64,000 nucleotides of DNA from NCBI GenBank assembly GCA_002009975.1, contig MTLP01000031.1, positions 64,001 through 128,000 of the forward strand. Reading direction: 5' to 3'. Made by a program: the position numbers and the translations under genes. The stretch is from Thermococcus sp. JdFR-02 (GTDB lineage Archaea; Methanobacteriota_B; Thermococci; Thermococcales; Thermococcaceae). The notes under the pieces are model-generated. The model saw only the letters and a list, made by a program, of their open reading frames with translations. It was not told where the DNA came from and did no database searches. This document shows, piece by piece, positions 21,102 through 31,676 of the stretch (position 1 is its first letter; the number at the start of each line of letters is the position of its first letter).

Positions 21102-21575
21102 ATGATTTTGCCAGATCATAAAATAGTGAAAGAAATTTTAATTGAGCCTTTTAATGAAAAGTCTTTACAACCAGCAGGTTACGATTTAAGGGTTGGAAAT
21201 GAAGCTATGATAAATGGAAAGTTTATCAACGTTAAAGAAGAGGGAAAAATAGTTATTCCCCCAAAAACCTATGCATTAGTTCTAACTTTGGAAAGAATTA
21301 AGTTACCAGACGATGTTCTTGGAGAAATGAGACTAAGAAGTTCGCTTTGCAGGGAAGGTCTTTTAGGTTCCTTTGCATGGGTAGATCCTGGATGGGATGG
21401 AAACTTAACCTTAGGCATCTTTAATAGCTCAAACGAGGAGATAATCCTTGAATATGGAGAAAGATTCGTTCAAATGGTTTTTCATCGCTTAGAAGAAGCA
21501 GCATCAAAGCCTTATAGGGGGAACTATCAAGGAAGTCAGCATTTAGCTTTGTCAAAGAGAAGAAAGAAGAACTAA
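21102..21575 (+). CDS. dcd: dCTP deaminase / trimeric dUTPase family
   Basis: LQPAGYDLR, RSSL, VDPGWDGNLTL, GERFVQ, YRGNYQ. Confidence 0.88.
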   Translation: MILPDHKIVKEILIEPFNEKSLQPAGYDLRVGNEAMINGKFINVKEEGKIVIPPKTYALVLTLERIKLPDDVLGEMRLRSSLCREGLLGSFAWVDPGWDGNLTLGIFNSSNEEIILEYGERFVQMVFHRLEEAASKPYRGNYQGSQHLALSKRRKKN

Positions 21576-22321
21576 CTTTTTCTTCTTTGTTCTTTATAGA
21601 CCAAAGCATAGACAACTGTAAACGCTGGTATCACAATTAAGTAGTTTAGAAGGGAACCAATTATTGGTATCAGTGAACTCACTGCAGAGGATACCAAAAC
21701 GTAAAGTATTCCCAAAATAAGGCTCTTTTTAAGATTAGCCCTGTAAACTTTCAAACTCTCAATTATGGCAAGCTTATGATCTAAGACAATTACTGGTAAA
21801 AATAAGAATAACGGTATTACTAAAAAGCTCAAGATAAAAACGTAGCCAAAAACTAAGAAAGGAGATTTAACGAGCATTATAGGTAAAAATGCAAGCACAA
21901 AAACAAGCAGCATTGCTATAAAGTTTCCAAATAAGAAAGGTGCTCTTGAAACCCCCACTTTAAAAGAATTCATATAATCTCGCTCCTTAATTGCAAAATA
22001 AGCAACTGATAATGATCCAATAAGGTAAGAGAAGACCGTGATAACTATTACAATGACAGTAACAAAAATAAAACTCTTTGATGCAAAAAATTCAATGGCT
22101 TCTGGATTAGTTGCAAATGAAAATATTCCATAAATAAAGAGTCTTTTGAATATATAAATGAGGTAAATCAAGTTAACGATAGCTGCTGGAAAGAACGGCA
22201 AAAGTATCTTTGGATGAGAGAGTATTAGATCAAAGCTATCAGAGAGATACTTGTCTATGCTTTTTTCATTTTTAACTTCTGGATGCTCTATCTTAACCTC
22301 AATTTCCCATTCCTTTTCCAT
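21572..22321 (-). CDS. Hypothetical multi-pass membrane protein
   Basis: About 6 hydrophobic segments; SD GGAGA. Confidence 0.7.
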   Translation of the reverse strand: MEKEWEIEVKIEHPEVKNEKSIDKYLSDSFDLILSHPKILLPFFPAAIVNLIYLIYIFKRLFIYGIFSFATNPEAIEFFASKSFIFVTVIVIVITVFSYLIGSLSVAYFAIKERDYMNSFKVGVSRAPFLFGNFIAMLLVFVLAFLPIMLVKSPFLVFGYVFILSFLVIPLFLFLPVIVLDHKLAIIESLKVYRANLKKSLILGILYVLVSSAVSSLIPIIGSLLNYLIVIPAFTVVYALVYKEQRRKS

Positions 22322-22396
22322 AGTATCTCCCAAAAGAGCTTAGTGTTTAGATGTTTAAACTTTTTTGTAAACAATAAATAAATGGGAGAAAAGGTT

Positions 22397-22711
22397 TCAG
22401 CCGAAGAGAGCTCCAAGTCCAGCAAGGGCCTCCTCTTCGCTAGCCTCTTCCTCTTCTTCCTCTTCCTCAACTTTCTCCTCTTCTGCTGGAGCCTCAGCGG
22501 CAGCTGGAGCAGCTGGAGCAGCGACTGCAACTGGCATTGCAGCTTTTTCAATTACCTCCTCGATGTTAACTCCTTCTAATGCAGCAACTAAAGCCTTTAC
22601 TCTTGCATCATCCACATTAACACCTGCAGCTTGTAAAACTGTTTTTATGTTCTCTTCGTTTATCTCCTTACCAGCGGCGTGTAATAGCAAGGCAGCATAT
22701 ACATACTCCAT
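22397..22711 (-). CDS. rpl12: 50S ribosomal stalk protein P1/L12
   Basis: [11 protein letters not shown], acidic tail, GLGALFG. Confidence 0.97.
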   Translation of the reverse strand: MEYVYAALLLHAAGKEINEENIKTVLQAAGVNVDDARVKALVAALEGVNIEEVIEKAAMPVAVAAPAAPAAAEAPAEEEKVEEEEEEEEASEEEALAGLGALFG

Positions 22712-22784
22712 TTCTTTACACCTCCAAATCAGCTTTATTTTTAATTATTAAATCATGGATGCGTGGGAAAGTAAATAAGGGGGA

Positions 22785-23804
22785 TCATCCAAATAAAGCC
22801 CCCAATCCAGCAAGGGCTTCTTCTTCCTCTTTTTCCTCCTCTTCTTCCTCTTCCTCAACTTTCTCCTCTTCTTCAACTACCTGTGGTTGAGTAGCAACAG
22901 CTAATTGAGCTTGTTGGTTTAAAAGTTCTTTGGTCTTTTCATCGAGCAACTCCTCTGGCAATTGTTGAGCTATGAACAATGCAACTCTAAAGGCTTTGCT
23001 CAAGATATCTCCTGCAGTGTCTTTTGTGATGTAGTTTGCTTCAACAGCAACAGACTTTGCATTGAGGAATGCCTTTTGCAATATAGCTTCAATTGTTTGC
23101 TTTGTTGGGTATGCTATATTCACGGATAAGTTAAATGCATACATGTAAGCTTGTTGAAGCATTTGGATGTATTCCTCTGGATCAACTGCCAGTACGTTTG
23201 GTGTATAAATTATCCCATCCTCATAAACTGCTAAGACATCAAGACCCACTTCAAGTGGCTCGAGCCCTAATTTGTTTAGAATATTGGCTAATTGAGGAGT
23301 AATTATCTCACCAGCTTTTAATACGACAGTCTCTTTTTGAATTGTAACCTTACCCTTTTCAATTCTCGCTGGAATTCCCAAGGCTTGCATTTCACCGACA
23401 ACTGGACCTGGTGCTAGTGCAGTTGGACCAGCAGGAACTACCACATCCTTTGGGACTGGAACTCCTGGTTTAGCTGGAGCAGGTGTTTTGTTCTCTTGAA
23501 GGAACCTATAAAGCTTAAATGGATTCATTTCAGTTGCTAATATTGCGGCTCCACCTTGAATGTAATCAATTAGCTTTACCAACTCTGGCTTTCCAAGTTC
23601 TTCCGCCGCTTTCTTTATAGCAAGTTCGATCAAAGTGTTCCTTGAAACTCTGAGGACAGCTTTATCTCTGAGATTTTCTCTCATTTTTGATAATGGATAA
23701 GCTGGAACATTTGCAACATCAACCAATGCAATAACTGGATGTTCTTTGATGATGTTAGCCAAAACTTCAACTTCCTTTTTCTTCCATTCAGCAACATGAG
23801 CCAT
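22785..23804 (-). CDS. rpl10: 50S ribosomal protein L10 (P0)
   Basis: [15 protein letters not shown], acidic GLGALFG tail. Confidence 0.97.
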   Translation of the reverse strand: MAHVAEWKKKEVEVLANIIKEHPVIALVDVANVPAYPLSKMRENLRDKAVLRVSRNTLIELAIKKAAEELGKPELVKLIDYIQGGAAILATEMNPFKLYRFLQENKTPAPAKPGVPVPKDVVVPAGPTALAPGPVVGEMQALGIPARIEKGKVTIQKETVVLKAGEIITPQLANILNKLGLEPLEVGLDVLAVYEDGIIYTPNVLAVDPEEYIQMLQQAYMYAFNLSVNIAYPTKQTIEAILQKAFLNAKSVAVEANYITKDTAGDILSKAFRVALFIAQQLPEELLDEKTKELLNQQAQLAVATQPQVVEEEEKVEEEEEEEEKEEEEALAGLGALFG

Positions 23805-23809
23805 TTACC

Positions 23810-24460
23810 TCACCCCTCGATCTTTACAGCGGGGCCCATTGTTGTTTTAACGTATACTGACTTCACTTGGCTTTCTCCCCTCTCAAGCTTACCGATCACT
23901 GCATTCAATATTGCTTCTACATTTTCTGCAAGCTCTTCTTCATTCATAGTTTCTGTTCCTACTGGAGCATGAATACTTGGGTTATTCTTCAACTGTATTC
24001 TGACTGTTTTATTTAGCTTTTCAACTATTGGGGTTAAATCTTGGAGTGTTGGTGGAACTACAACTGGCATCTTGTTTCTTGGTCCCAAGAATCTACCCAA
24101 TATTCTACCTATCTTTGGCATTAATGGTGCAGCTGCTATGAAAAAGTCGTATTTTCTAGCTATCTTTCTCGCTTGTCTTGGATTATTTGCTAACTCCTCT
24201 AACTCCGCACCACTAATAACATCAAGCCCGAGCTTTTTAGCCGCTTCAGCTACAGCACCATCAGCAATGACCGCGATATTAATTTTTTTACCTCTCCCGT
24301 GTGGCAACACAACCTCAAGTTTAAACCTATTCTCAGGTTTCTTAAGATCAATATCCTTGAGGTTTATTGCCACTTCGACGGTCTGTGTGAAGTTACGCGG
24401 CTTAGCCCGGGCTTTAGCCTCCTTCACCGCTTCCACGATTTTTTGTCTGTCAAAGGCCAT
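23810..24460 (-). CDS. rpl1: 50S ribosomal protein L1
   Basis: [23 protein letters not shown]. Confidence 0.97.
   Translation of the reverse strand: MAFDRQKIVEAVKEAKARAKPRNFTQTVEVAINLKDIDLKKPENRFKLEVVLPHGRGKKINIAVIADGAVAEAAKKLGLDVISGAELEELANNPRQARKIARKYDFFIAAAPLMPKIGRILGRFLGPRNKMPVVVPPTLQDLTPIVEKLNKTVRIQLKNNPSIHAPVGTETMNEEELAENVEAILNAVIGKLERGESQVKSVYVKTTMGPAVKIEG
24387..24427 (-). promoter_or_regulatory. L1 autoregulatory binding site inside the rpl1 coding region
   Basis: GTGAAG-GAGGC...GCCG-CGTAA-CTTCAC hairpin about 35 nt after the start, same layout as the Methanococcales L1 mRNA site. Confidence 0.75.
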
Positions 24461-24551
24461 CTTTCTGACCTCCCTAAACTTTTTTATTTAAACTCACCTT
24501 TAACTCAAAAATCAAAAATTTCGTGAAAAGAGAAGCTTTTAAACTTTTCTA

Positions 24552-25043
24552 TCACTCACCAGCTTTTTCAAAGACTTCGTCATAAACTCCTTCATCTATC
24601 TCCTTTTGAACTACCCTTGGGTCCTTGCCCTCAACGGTAACACCCATAGTTAGAGCTGTTCCAATAACTTCTTTAGCTGCAGCCTTTAAGTTAGAAGCCA
24701 GCATTTGAGCTTTCTTTGCTTTTGCTATCTTAATTACTTGCTCCATTGTTAGGTTTCCTACTATGTTTCTTCCAGCTTCATCTGAACCTTTTTCTAGACC
24801 AAGTTCTTTTTTGATTAATTGGCTAACTGGCGGGGTACCGACTTCAATCTCGAACTGCTTTGTTGCTGGATCAACGATAATTTTCACTGGAACTTGCATC
24901 CCTGCAAAGTCTTTTGTTGCCTCGTTAATTTTTTGAACGACTTGCATGACATTTAATCCTAATGGACCGATTGCAGGACCTAATGGAGGACCTGGAGTAG
25001 CTTTACCACCCTCTACTAATACCTCAACTACTTGCTTTGGCAT
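24552..25043 (-). CDS. rpl11: 50S ribosomal protein L11
   Basis: [15 protein letters not shown]. Confidence 0.97.
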   Translation of the reverse strand: MPKQVVEVLVEGGKATPGPPLGPAIGPLGLNVMQVVQKINEATKDFAGMQVPVKIIVDPATKQFEIEVGTPPVSQLIKKELGLEKGSDEAGRNIVGNLTMEQVIKIAKAKKAQMLASNLKAAAKEVIGTALTMGVTVEGKDPRVVQKEIDEGVYDEVFEKAGE

Positions 25044-25057
25044 TACTTTTCACCCCT

Positions 25058-25516
25058 CTACTCCTTTGAACGTTTGCTTATAAGTCTAACGTATTCTCCC
25101 CTAACTGTAACGGGGATTGGAACTATTGCGCCTATAAGCTCAACGACAATTTCATCTTTAGCTTCATCAACCCTAACAACCTTGGCTTTTTCACCCTTAA
25201 ATGGACCGGCAATAAGCTCAACAATATCTCCAGGCTCAAAGCCACTAACAGCTGGTCTTTCTTCTAAGAAGTGCTCAATCTCAGAGAATTTAACCTCTCC
25301 CGGCAAAGCTCCTTTTGCATGCCTTATTCCCCTTATTGCCTCATCCACAGCACTTTTGTTCTCAGCTTCAACAAAGATATAACCTTTAACCTTAGATGGG
25401 CTTAAGATAGCGTATATTGGGAGATTATAGGTTTTTGCTTTGCTATAAAGTAGGGTAGCGACATTTTCCTCTTGCCCAACTGTGACCCTCACTGCAAATA
25501 TTTTACTCTCGCTCAT
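25058..25516 (-). CDS. spt5: Transcription elongation factor Spt5 (NusG)
   Basis: KGYIFVE NGN domain plus KOW motif ([13 protein letters not shown]). Confidence 0.95.
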   Translation of the reverse strand: MSESKIFAVRVTVGQEENVATLLYSKAKTYNLPIYAILSPSKVKGYIFVEAENKSAVDEAIRGIRHAKGALPGEVKFSEIEHFLEERPAVSGFEPGDIVELIAGPFKGEKAKVVRVDEAKDEIVVELIGAIVPIPVTVRGEYVRLISKRSKE

Positions 25517-25533
25517 CTTTATCACCTAAAGGA

Positions 25534-25725
25534 TTACTTGCCAGTTATTAGTATTCCTATAATACGAATGAGCATGCCAATTATGCCTATTAATACTATA
25601 CCCATCCCAGTGACCTTAGCAGCCATCTTATATTCCTTTCCACTGGGCTTTTTTGTAACTAACAAAACCCTCTTGGACTCTGATAGGAAGTTTTTAAGCT
25701 TTTCCATGTACCCCTCTGTTGGCAT
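25534..25725 (-). CDS. secE: Protein translocase SecE/Sec61 gamma
   Basis: RVLLVTKKPSGKEY plus one TM; conserved position. Confidence 0.92.
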   Translation of the reverse strand: MPTEGYMEKLKNFLSESKRVLLVTKKPSGKEYKMAAKVTGMGIVLIGIIGMLIRIIGILITGK

Positions 25726-25771
25726 TTCTAACACCTCACATAATTATTAAAGAAAGAGAGAACTGAGTGGA

Positions 25772-26890
25772 TTAGAGCTCTTCCAAGTCTAAATGAATAA
25801 TTCTTCTTTCACCCTCCTCTGGAAGATGTACTTCTTCTTCAACAACCGCATATGGAGAGCTTACACCACTAACCACAATCATAACTCTAATTGTTTTTCC
25901 TAATTCTGGATCTAACTGTATTCCCCAAATAACTTGAGCCTCTGGATCAAGTTTACTTGTAACCAACTCAATTATCTGCTGGGCTTCCTCTAACTTTACA
26001 TCACTTCCACTTATGCTGATCAATGAACCCTTTGCACCGCTTATGTCAACATCTAAAAGTGGGCTGTTTAATGCTTGAGTAGCTGCTTCTAAGGCTCTCT
26101 TTTCACTATCGCTTTCACCAATACCAATCATTGCAACACCGCCATCTTTCATCACTGCTTTAACGTCAGCAAAGTCCAAATTAACTAATCCTGGCTTTGT
26201 AATTAGCTCTGTTATTCCTTTAACAGCTTGCACTAGAATCTCATCTGCAACTTTAAATGCCATGTGAATTGGCAAGTTTGGAGCAACTTCCATTAACTTG
26301 TCGTTTGGAATAACTATGACTGTATCACTGTTTCTTCTTAGTCTTTCCAAACCATATTCAGCATTTTTGATTCTTCTAATTCCCTCAACTGTAAATGGCA
26401 AAGTAACTACTGCAACTGTTAAAGCACCCATTTTCTTAGCTATCTCCGCAACAATTGGAGCAGCACCGGTTCCAGTTCCACCACCTAATCCACAAGTTAT
26501 AAAAACCATGTCTGCCCCTTCTAGTGCATCTCTAATGTCTCTTTCACTCTCTTTTGCAGCCTCCTCACCAATTTTGGGATTATTTCCGGCTCCCAAACCC
26601 CTTGTGAGTTCTTTACCAATTAAAATCTTCTTATGGGCTTTAACTTTAAGTAAATCTTGGGCATCAGTGTTTATCCCTATAATCTTAGCTCCTTCAACAC
26701 CAACTTCCATCATCCTATTGATGGTATTACAACCAGCTCCACCAACACCAACAACATAGATTTTTGCTTGTATTTGCTCCAATATTCTTCTAAGTTCTTC
26801 ATCTATGTCTGATTGAGGAACTTGAACCTCTTCAACCTTATTCATTTCGGCAGATGTCCTTTCGATTGCATTTTCTATTAGTTTCAACAT
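25772..26890 (-). CDS. ftsZ: Cell division protein FtsZ
   Basis: GVGGAG, GGGTGTG tubulin signature, NLDFAD. Confidence 0.97.
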   Translation of the reverse strand: MLKLIENAIERTSAEMNKVEEVQVPQSDIDEELRRILEQIQAKIYVVGVGGAGCNTINRMMEVGVEGAKIIGINTDAQDLLKVKAHKKILIGKELTRGLGAGNNPKIGEEAAKESERDIRDALEGADMVFITCGLGGGTGTGAAPIVAEIAKKMGALTVAVVTLPFTVEGIRRIKNAEYGLERLRRNSDTVIVIPNDKLMEVAPNLPIHMAFKVADEILVQAVKGITELITKPGLVNLDFADVKAVMKDGGVAMIGIGESDSEKRALEAATQALNSPLLDVDISGAKGSLISISGSDVKLEEAQQIIELVTSKLDPEAQVIWGIQLDPELGKTIRVMIVVSGVSSPYAVVEEEVHLPEEGERRIIHLDLEEL

Positions 26891-26958
26891 GCCTTCACCC
26901 TCCGGGAAATCAATCTAAAATCTGGTAAAATTTGTGATAAAGCAATATATAAATTTAG

Positions 26959-27783
26959 CTAATCCTTAATAAATTCTAACCCTAATTCTTCCGCAAGTAA
27001 CTTAGCGAGTTGTTTTGTATCCCCTCTACTTCCCTTCCAATCAACATAAATTGCTTCAACTTCTGTATCAGTCCTTTTTATAGCCTTTAAAAGCATTTCC
27101 TTTGAAAGAGGATGAGCATATTTAGCCGCTATATGTCCAAATGCCAAATCACTGTCAAAGGCTATCTTAGTTTGCTTTGGTGCATAATGTCCACCACCAA
27201 TTCCAATAACTGATTTGTATCTCGCTTTCTCATAATTCTCTAAAACGTAAGTAATGGTTTCTGCCAATATCTCACCAGCTCTATCATTAACCCACTCTTC
27301 CTTACTACTTCCAATCTCTACGAACAGTGAGGGCACATCAATCTCACTGGGACCATGATGTGTCGCTTCATAACAAACAGTCCATCCTAGATCATTTAGT
27401 TCATTCAGCTTTAATAGGGCTAATTTCATTGCATTTGGTTGAGCTATTGCCAAACTTTGATCTTTACCACCATACATAGCATTTTTCCAATTGCCAGTTA
27501 TGTGAGTAGTTAATGCTGGCATTTTTGCTTGGCTTGAATGTCTCGAAGCAAAAATTATAATCTCAGGAATAATTCCAAGTTGCTTCTTGATTTCTTTATC
27601 AAGATAATCATAGTATATCATCTCATCGTTTGTAGTTAAAAGGAGAATGTCCCTTCTTCTATAGACTGGATTGCCATCAAAGGCTAAATCGCTCTCTTTA
27701 AATCCAAAGTTCTTCACAAGTTTCTCCTTAATGTTCATTGATGCTAAATCAATTTTCGTTGTCATTATAACCTTCACTTTCAC
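26959..27783 (-). CDS. dtdA: D-aminoacyl-tRNA deacylase (DTD2)
   Basis: SRHSS, THITGN, EATHHGP, GGGHYAP. Confidence 0.92.
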   Translation of the reverse strand: MKVKVIMTTKIDLASMNIKEKLVKNFGFKESDLAFDGNPVYRRRDILLLTTNDEMIYYDYLDKEIKKQLGIIPEIIIFASRHSSQAKMPALTTHITGNWKNAMYGGKDQSLAIAQPNAMKLALLKLNELNDLGWTVCYEATHHGPSEIDVPSLFVEIGSSKEEWVNDRAGEILAETITYVLENYEKARYKSVIGIGGGHYAPKQTKIAFDSDLAFGHIAAKYAHPLSKEMLLKAIKRTDTEVEAIYVDWKGSRGDTKQLAKLLAEELGLEFIKD

Positions 27784-28145
27784 ACCTCCAAGAGATAGCC
27801 AAGGTTCATCGTTAAAAGACTTTTGTATAACCTTGAGAATTTTGTAGTAAGTTCAATTTTAAAATATGCTTTACATATAGCAAGTTTTGATAAAGTTGTG
27901 AATCAACTGAATTCATAGGTGTTTAGCAAATTTTTAGAAAGAATAATCTAAATATGTAAAAATTTTTCATTATATTGAATTTCAAACTTGAATTTTGTCA
28001 TGTTTTACAACCGTGTAAACGCAAAATATATAATATCATGAATGTTCACTAATTCTGTGGCATACTCTACAATGAGCTTAAATATACAGCAGCGTCCTAA
28101 ATTGTTAGGGTGTTCAAAATAAGGCATTGGCGGAGGGGTTTAAAA

Positions 28146-30059
28146 ATGGAAAAACAAATGGAAAGTGCTGTTTCGACTTTCGATATAGAAGCCTCCCCAT
28201 GGGGGTTAAAACAAGGAATTAAACATGAAGAATTTTTAAGAATATTTGACCCGCTACCTCAGCTTAAAGAGATTTTAATAAAAAGTGAAAGTTTAGATGA
28301 AGCAAGAGAAAAGCTTGTTGAATTTTGTAAAGAATTAGAATGGAAAGTAAAGAGCGGAGAAATTGAGCTTGATGCTATGGATAGATGGCTCTCATTAGAG
28401 GCTATCAAAGTGTTTACAAACATGATATCACCCTATGGTGAAAAAGCTGCTGGCTTTAGCACACTCGAATATCTCTGGAAAGCTACAAAAGGAGATAAAA
28501 GAGTTCTCGGGATAATAACTGATGGGTTTATTGAAGAATTTAAGCATTTATTTTTAGCTATGTCAGGAAAAGCAGGATATTCAAAGGGATGGCTTGGACT
28601 AAGATTAGAAAAGGAAGGAGTCCAATTTGTCGATTTCAGCAAAATTAAAGGAAGAAAAGCAGCGTTAGCAAGATCGGAGTATCTTGACAAGGTTTGGCAA
28701 CACATAAAGAAATGGATAGAGAGATATCCAAGCGGTTTAGATAAACGGATCATTGAAAAGAGAAAGAAACAAAGAGAGCAGCTAATGGAATATTTCGGCA
28801 TAACAGAGGACGAGTGGTTTGACTATAGATGGCAGTTCTCTCATGTCTTGAAGAGAGAAAAAGGCGTTGAAATTCTTAAGGAGCTCAACGAACTTGGAAT
28901 AGTGAAGATACCCGAGGAGGATATAAAACAAGCAGAAATAGCTGTAAAATACGGCATACCTTGGGGAATAACTCCATACTACCTAAATCTCTTTGATTTC
29001 AAAAACCCATATAAAGAGGATCTACATGTAAGGAGACAAGTTATGCCACCAGTTTGGTATGTAAAAAACATGCTTCAGCACAAAGAGGATAGGGAATATT
29101 ACTTTGATTTCATGGGTGAACACGATACTTCACCAATTGATCTCGTCACGAGGAGATATGTCACGATAGCAATTCTCAAAGCTTATGACACATGCCCACA
29201 AATATGTGTCTACTGTCAAAGAAATTGGGAGGTTCTCGAGCCATTCATGGCTGGTTCATTCCCCGGATGGGAGACAATTGAAAAGGCATTAGAATGGTTT
29301 GCAGAACATGAATCAATGCTTGATGTGCTCATAACTGGTGGAGATCCACTAGCGTTAAGTGATAAGATAATTGACAAGATCATGAGCAGATTATCAGAGA
29401 TGGATCATGTTGTTAACATAAGATGGGGAAGTAGAATTTTCGTTACAGTGCCAATGAGAATTACAAACGAGCTTGCCGAAATTTTGGGAAGCTATATAGA
29501 GCCAGGAAAAAGAAATGTTTCGATTTCAACTCACGTTGAAACAGCTTATGAAGTAACTCCCGAAATGGCTGAAGCGGCGTATAAAGTAAGAAGACAAGGA
29601 ATTTACATCTATAATCAACTTGTTTACCAAAGGAATGTTAGCAGAAGGTTCGAAAACGTTGCACTGAGAATAGCGCTTAGAAAGGTTGGTATTGATCCAT
29701 ACTACACATTCTATCCAAAGGGCAAGATTGAGCAGAAAGACTACCTCGTGCCAATAGCGAGAGTTGTGCAGGAGAGAAAAGAGGAAGCTAGACTCTTACC
29801 TGGACAGTTTAGACCTGATGAACCAGTATTTAATGTGCCTAGAATGGGTAAGAACCACTTGAGAGCATGGCAAGATAGAGAATTAGTAGGCATCAGACCA
29901 GACGGAAGTAGGATATACTTAATGCATCCCTGGGAAAAGGGAATAAGCCAGACAAAGCTTTACACTTATCCCGATGTTCCAATTAAGGAGTATCTTGACT
30001 ACTTAGAAAGCATTGGTGAAAACAAAGAAGACTATGAAACTATCTGGTATTATTACTGA
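28146..30059 (+). CDS. KamA-family radical SAM/PLP aminomutase, probable glutamate 2,3-aminomutase, with a long N-terminal extension
   Basis: CPQICVYCQR, LITGGDPL, NQ, PYY..YPK, VFNVPRMGK. Confidence 0.8.
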   Translation: MEKQMESAVSTFDIEASPWGLKQGIKHEEFLRIFDPLPQLKEILIKSESLDEAREKLVEFCKELEWKVKSGEIELDAMDRWLSLEAIKVFTNMISPYGEKAAGFSTLEYLWKATKGDKRVLGIITDGFIEEFKHLFLAMSGKAGYSKGWLGLRLEKEGVQFVDFSKIKGRKAALARSEYLDKVWQHIKKWIERYPSGLDKRIIEKRKKQREQLMEYFGITEDEWFDYRWQFSHVLKREKGVEILKELNELGIVKIPEEDIKQAEIAVKYGIPWGITPYYLNLFDFKNPYKEDLHVRRQVMPPVWYVKNMLQHKEDREYYFDFMGEHDTSPIDLVTRRYVTIAILKAYDTCPQICVYCQRNWEVLEPFMAGSFPGWETIEKALEWFAEHESMLDVLITGGDPLALSDKIIDKIMSRLSEMDHVVNIRWGSRIFVTVPMRITNELAEILGSYIEPGKRNVSISTHVETAYEVTPEMAEAAYKVRRQGIYIYNQLVYQRNVSRRFENVALRIALRKVGIDPYYTFYPKGKIEQKDYLVPIARVVQERKEEARLLPGQFRPDEPVFNVPRMGKNHLRAWQDRELVGIRPDGSRIYLMHPWEKGISQTKLYTYPDVPIKEYLDYLESIGENKEDYETIWYYY

Positions 30060-30182
30060 TCTTTCTTTTATTTACTGGTATGTAAATCTTTCAAAGAAAC
30101 AAAAAGGTAATAATACCTAACTTACAAACATTTAAGGTATTGCGGGGCATTGCCCCACTTCCATATTTAGAGGTGGTAAGAA

Positions 30183-31208
30183 ATGAAGAAATGGAAAACT
30201 TTGGGTTTGGTTTTTGTTTTGGTATTGGGTTTAGTTGCGGCTGGATGTACCCAGAAAGAAACTGCTACACAAACAACTCAAAGCATACCAACAACCGAAG
30301 AAGGGAAATATGAGATTACAATCTATACCGGTTCAGGACCTGGAAGTGTTTATTTCGCAATTGGTTCAATGTTTGCCAAGGTTTTGAACAAAAAGAGTGA
30401 GAATATCGCTGCAAAGGGTGTTACAAGTGGTGCAAGTGTATCCAATGCAAAGGCTATTGGAAAGGGTGAAGCCCAAGTAGCCATTATACAAAACGACGTG
30501 ACTTATTATGCTTGGAATGGGCTGTATCAATTCGAAGGCAATCCAATTAAGGAGCTAAGAGGAATTGGGACTCTTTACCCTGAACCAGTTCAGATCGTCG
30601 TTAGAGCTGATAGTGGCATTAAGACTCTTGAAGACCTAAAAGGTAAGAAAGTTGTAGTTGGCGCTCCAGGAAGTGGTGTTGCAGCTACTGCTGAGAGAGT
30701 TTTAAAGGCAGCAGGACTATGGGACCAAGTTGAAAAGATCTATCAAACATTTGAAGAAGCTGCTCAAAGCTTAGTACTTGGACAAGTAGATGCAGAATTT
30801 ACTGTTATCGCATATCCAGCCCCAGCAATTGATCAAATAGCAGTTAAAACACCAGTTCGTTTGATTCCAATCCCAGACGAACTCATAAAGAAACTACATG
30901 ATGAGGGATATCCATTCTATGTTAAAGTTGTTATTCCAAAGGGTACCTACAACGGAATGGATGAAGATGTCCAAACAATTGCAGTTAAAGCAACATTAGT
31001 AGTTGACAAAGATGTGCCAGATGACGTTGTTTATGAATTAACAAAAATCTTCTTTGAAAACACTGACGAACTTGCAAAAGCACACCAAGTGGCTAAACAA
31101 ATAGATGTTAAAAAGGCATTTGAAGGATTAATGATCCCACTACATCCAGGGGCAATAAAATATTACGAAGAACAAGGAATAACAGTCCCTGATGAACTTA
31201 AGCCTTGA
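30183..31208 (+). CDS. TAXI-family TRAP transporter solute-binding lipoprotein
   Basis: Lipobox VAAGC; GSVYFAIG, GASVSN, QND, LYPEPVQ, GAPGSG, PLHPGA. Confidence 0.9.
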   Translation: MKKWKTLGLVFVLVLGLVAAGCTQKETATQTTQSIPTTEEGKYEITIYTGSGPGSVYFAIGSMFAKVLNKKSENIAAKGVTSGASVSNAKAIGKGEAQVAIIQNDVTYYAWNGLYQFEGNPIKELRGIGTLYPEPVQIVVRADSGIKTLEDLKGKKVVVGAPGSGVAATAERVLKAAGLWDQVEKIYQTFEEAAQSLVLGQVDAEFTVIAYPAPAIDQIAVKTPVRLIPIPDELIKKLHDEGYPFYVKVVIPKGTYNGMDEDVQTIAVKATLVVDKDVPDDVVYELTKIFFENTDELAKAHQVAKQIDVKKAFEGLMIPLHPGAIKYYEEQGITVPDELKP

Positions 31209-31221
31209 AGGGGTGGATTTT

Positions 31222-31674
31222 TTGAAAAAATATTTTCTTTTTTTCCCATTAGCTTTTTTGCTTCTTACACTTTTTCCCATAACTGCTTTAGAGATAGAAT
31301 TTAATAAAAATGTGTGTTACTTTCCTCTAAGCTCAAATCCTACTCTTATAATCTCTTATACTCATAGTGTTTCTCTCACTAAAGTTGTAGACATATATCG
31401 AATTAACGGAACTGGTATATATGCAATACAAGAAAAATGGCAAGAGTTTATGGCCGGACAACCATTAGATGTTCAATACACCGAAGGACAATTTTACGTT
31501 AAGGACATGAACATGTACCTAGGAAAATCCTGGGAGTACTGGTTTATTCCATTAAATAACGTTACGGTAAAGATCAGCGATAAGATTGTTTTCACCCAGC
31601 TAAAAGAGGAGGGAATTATGAAATTTAAAGTCAAAAAAGTACCTTTTGTATTTTCCATAATTAGGAGGTGTTGA
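31222..31674 (+). CDS. DUF1850-like TAXI-TRAP accessory protein
   Basis: YTHSVSLTKV motif; sits between the SBP and permease genes. Confidence 0.75.
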   Translation: MKKYFLFFPLAFLLLTLFPITALEIEFNKNVCYFPLSSNPTLIISYTHSVSLTKVVDIYRINGTGIYAIQEKWQEFMAGQPLDVQYTEGQFYVKDMNMYLGKSWEYWFIPLNNVTVKISDKIVFTQLKEEGIMKFKVKKVPFVFSIIRRC

Positions 31675-31676
31675 AA

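Noticed and set aside
22397-22860. Repeated acidic GLGALFG tails
   Set aside because: Normal shared C-termini of stalk proteins L10 and L12.
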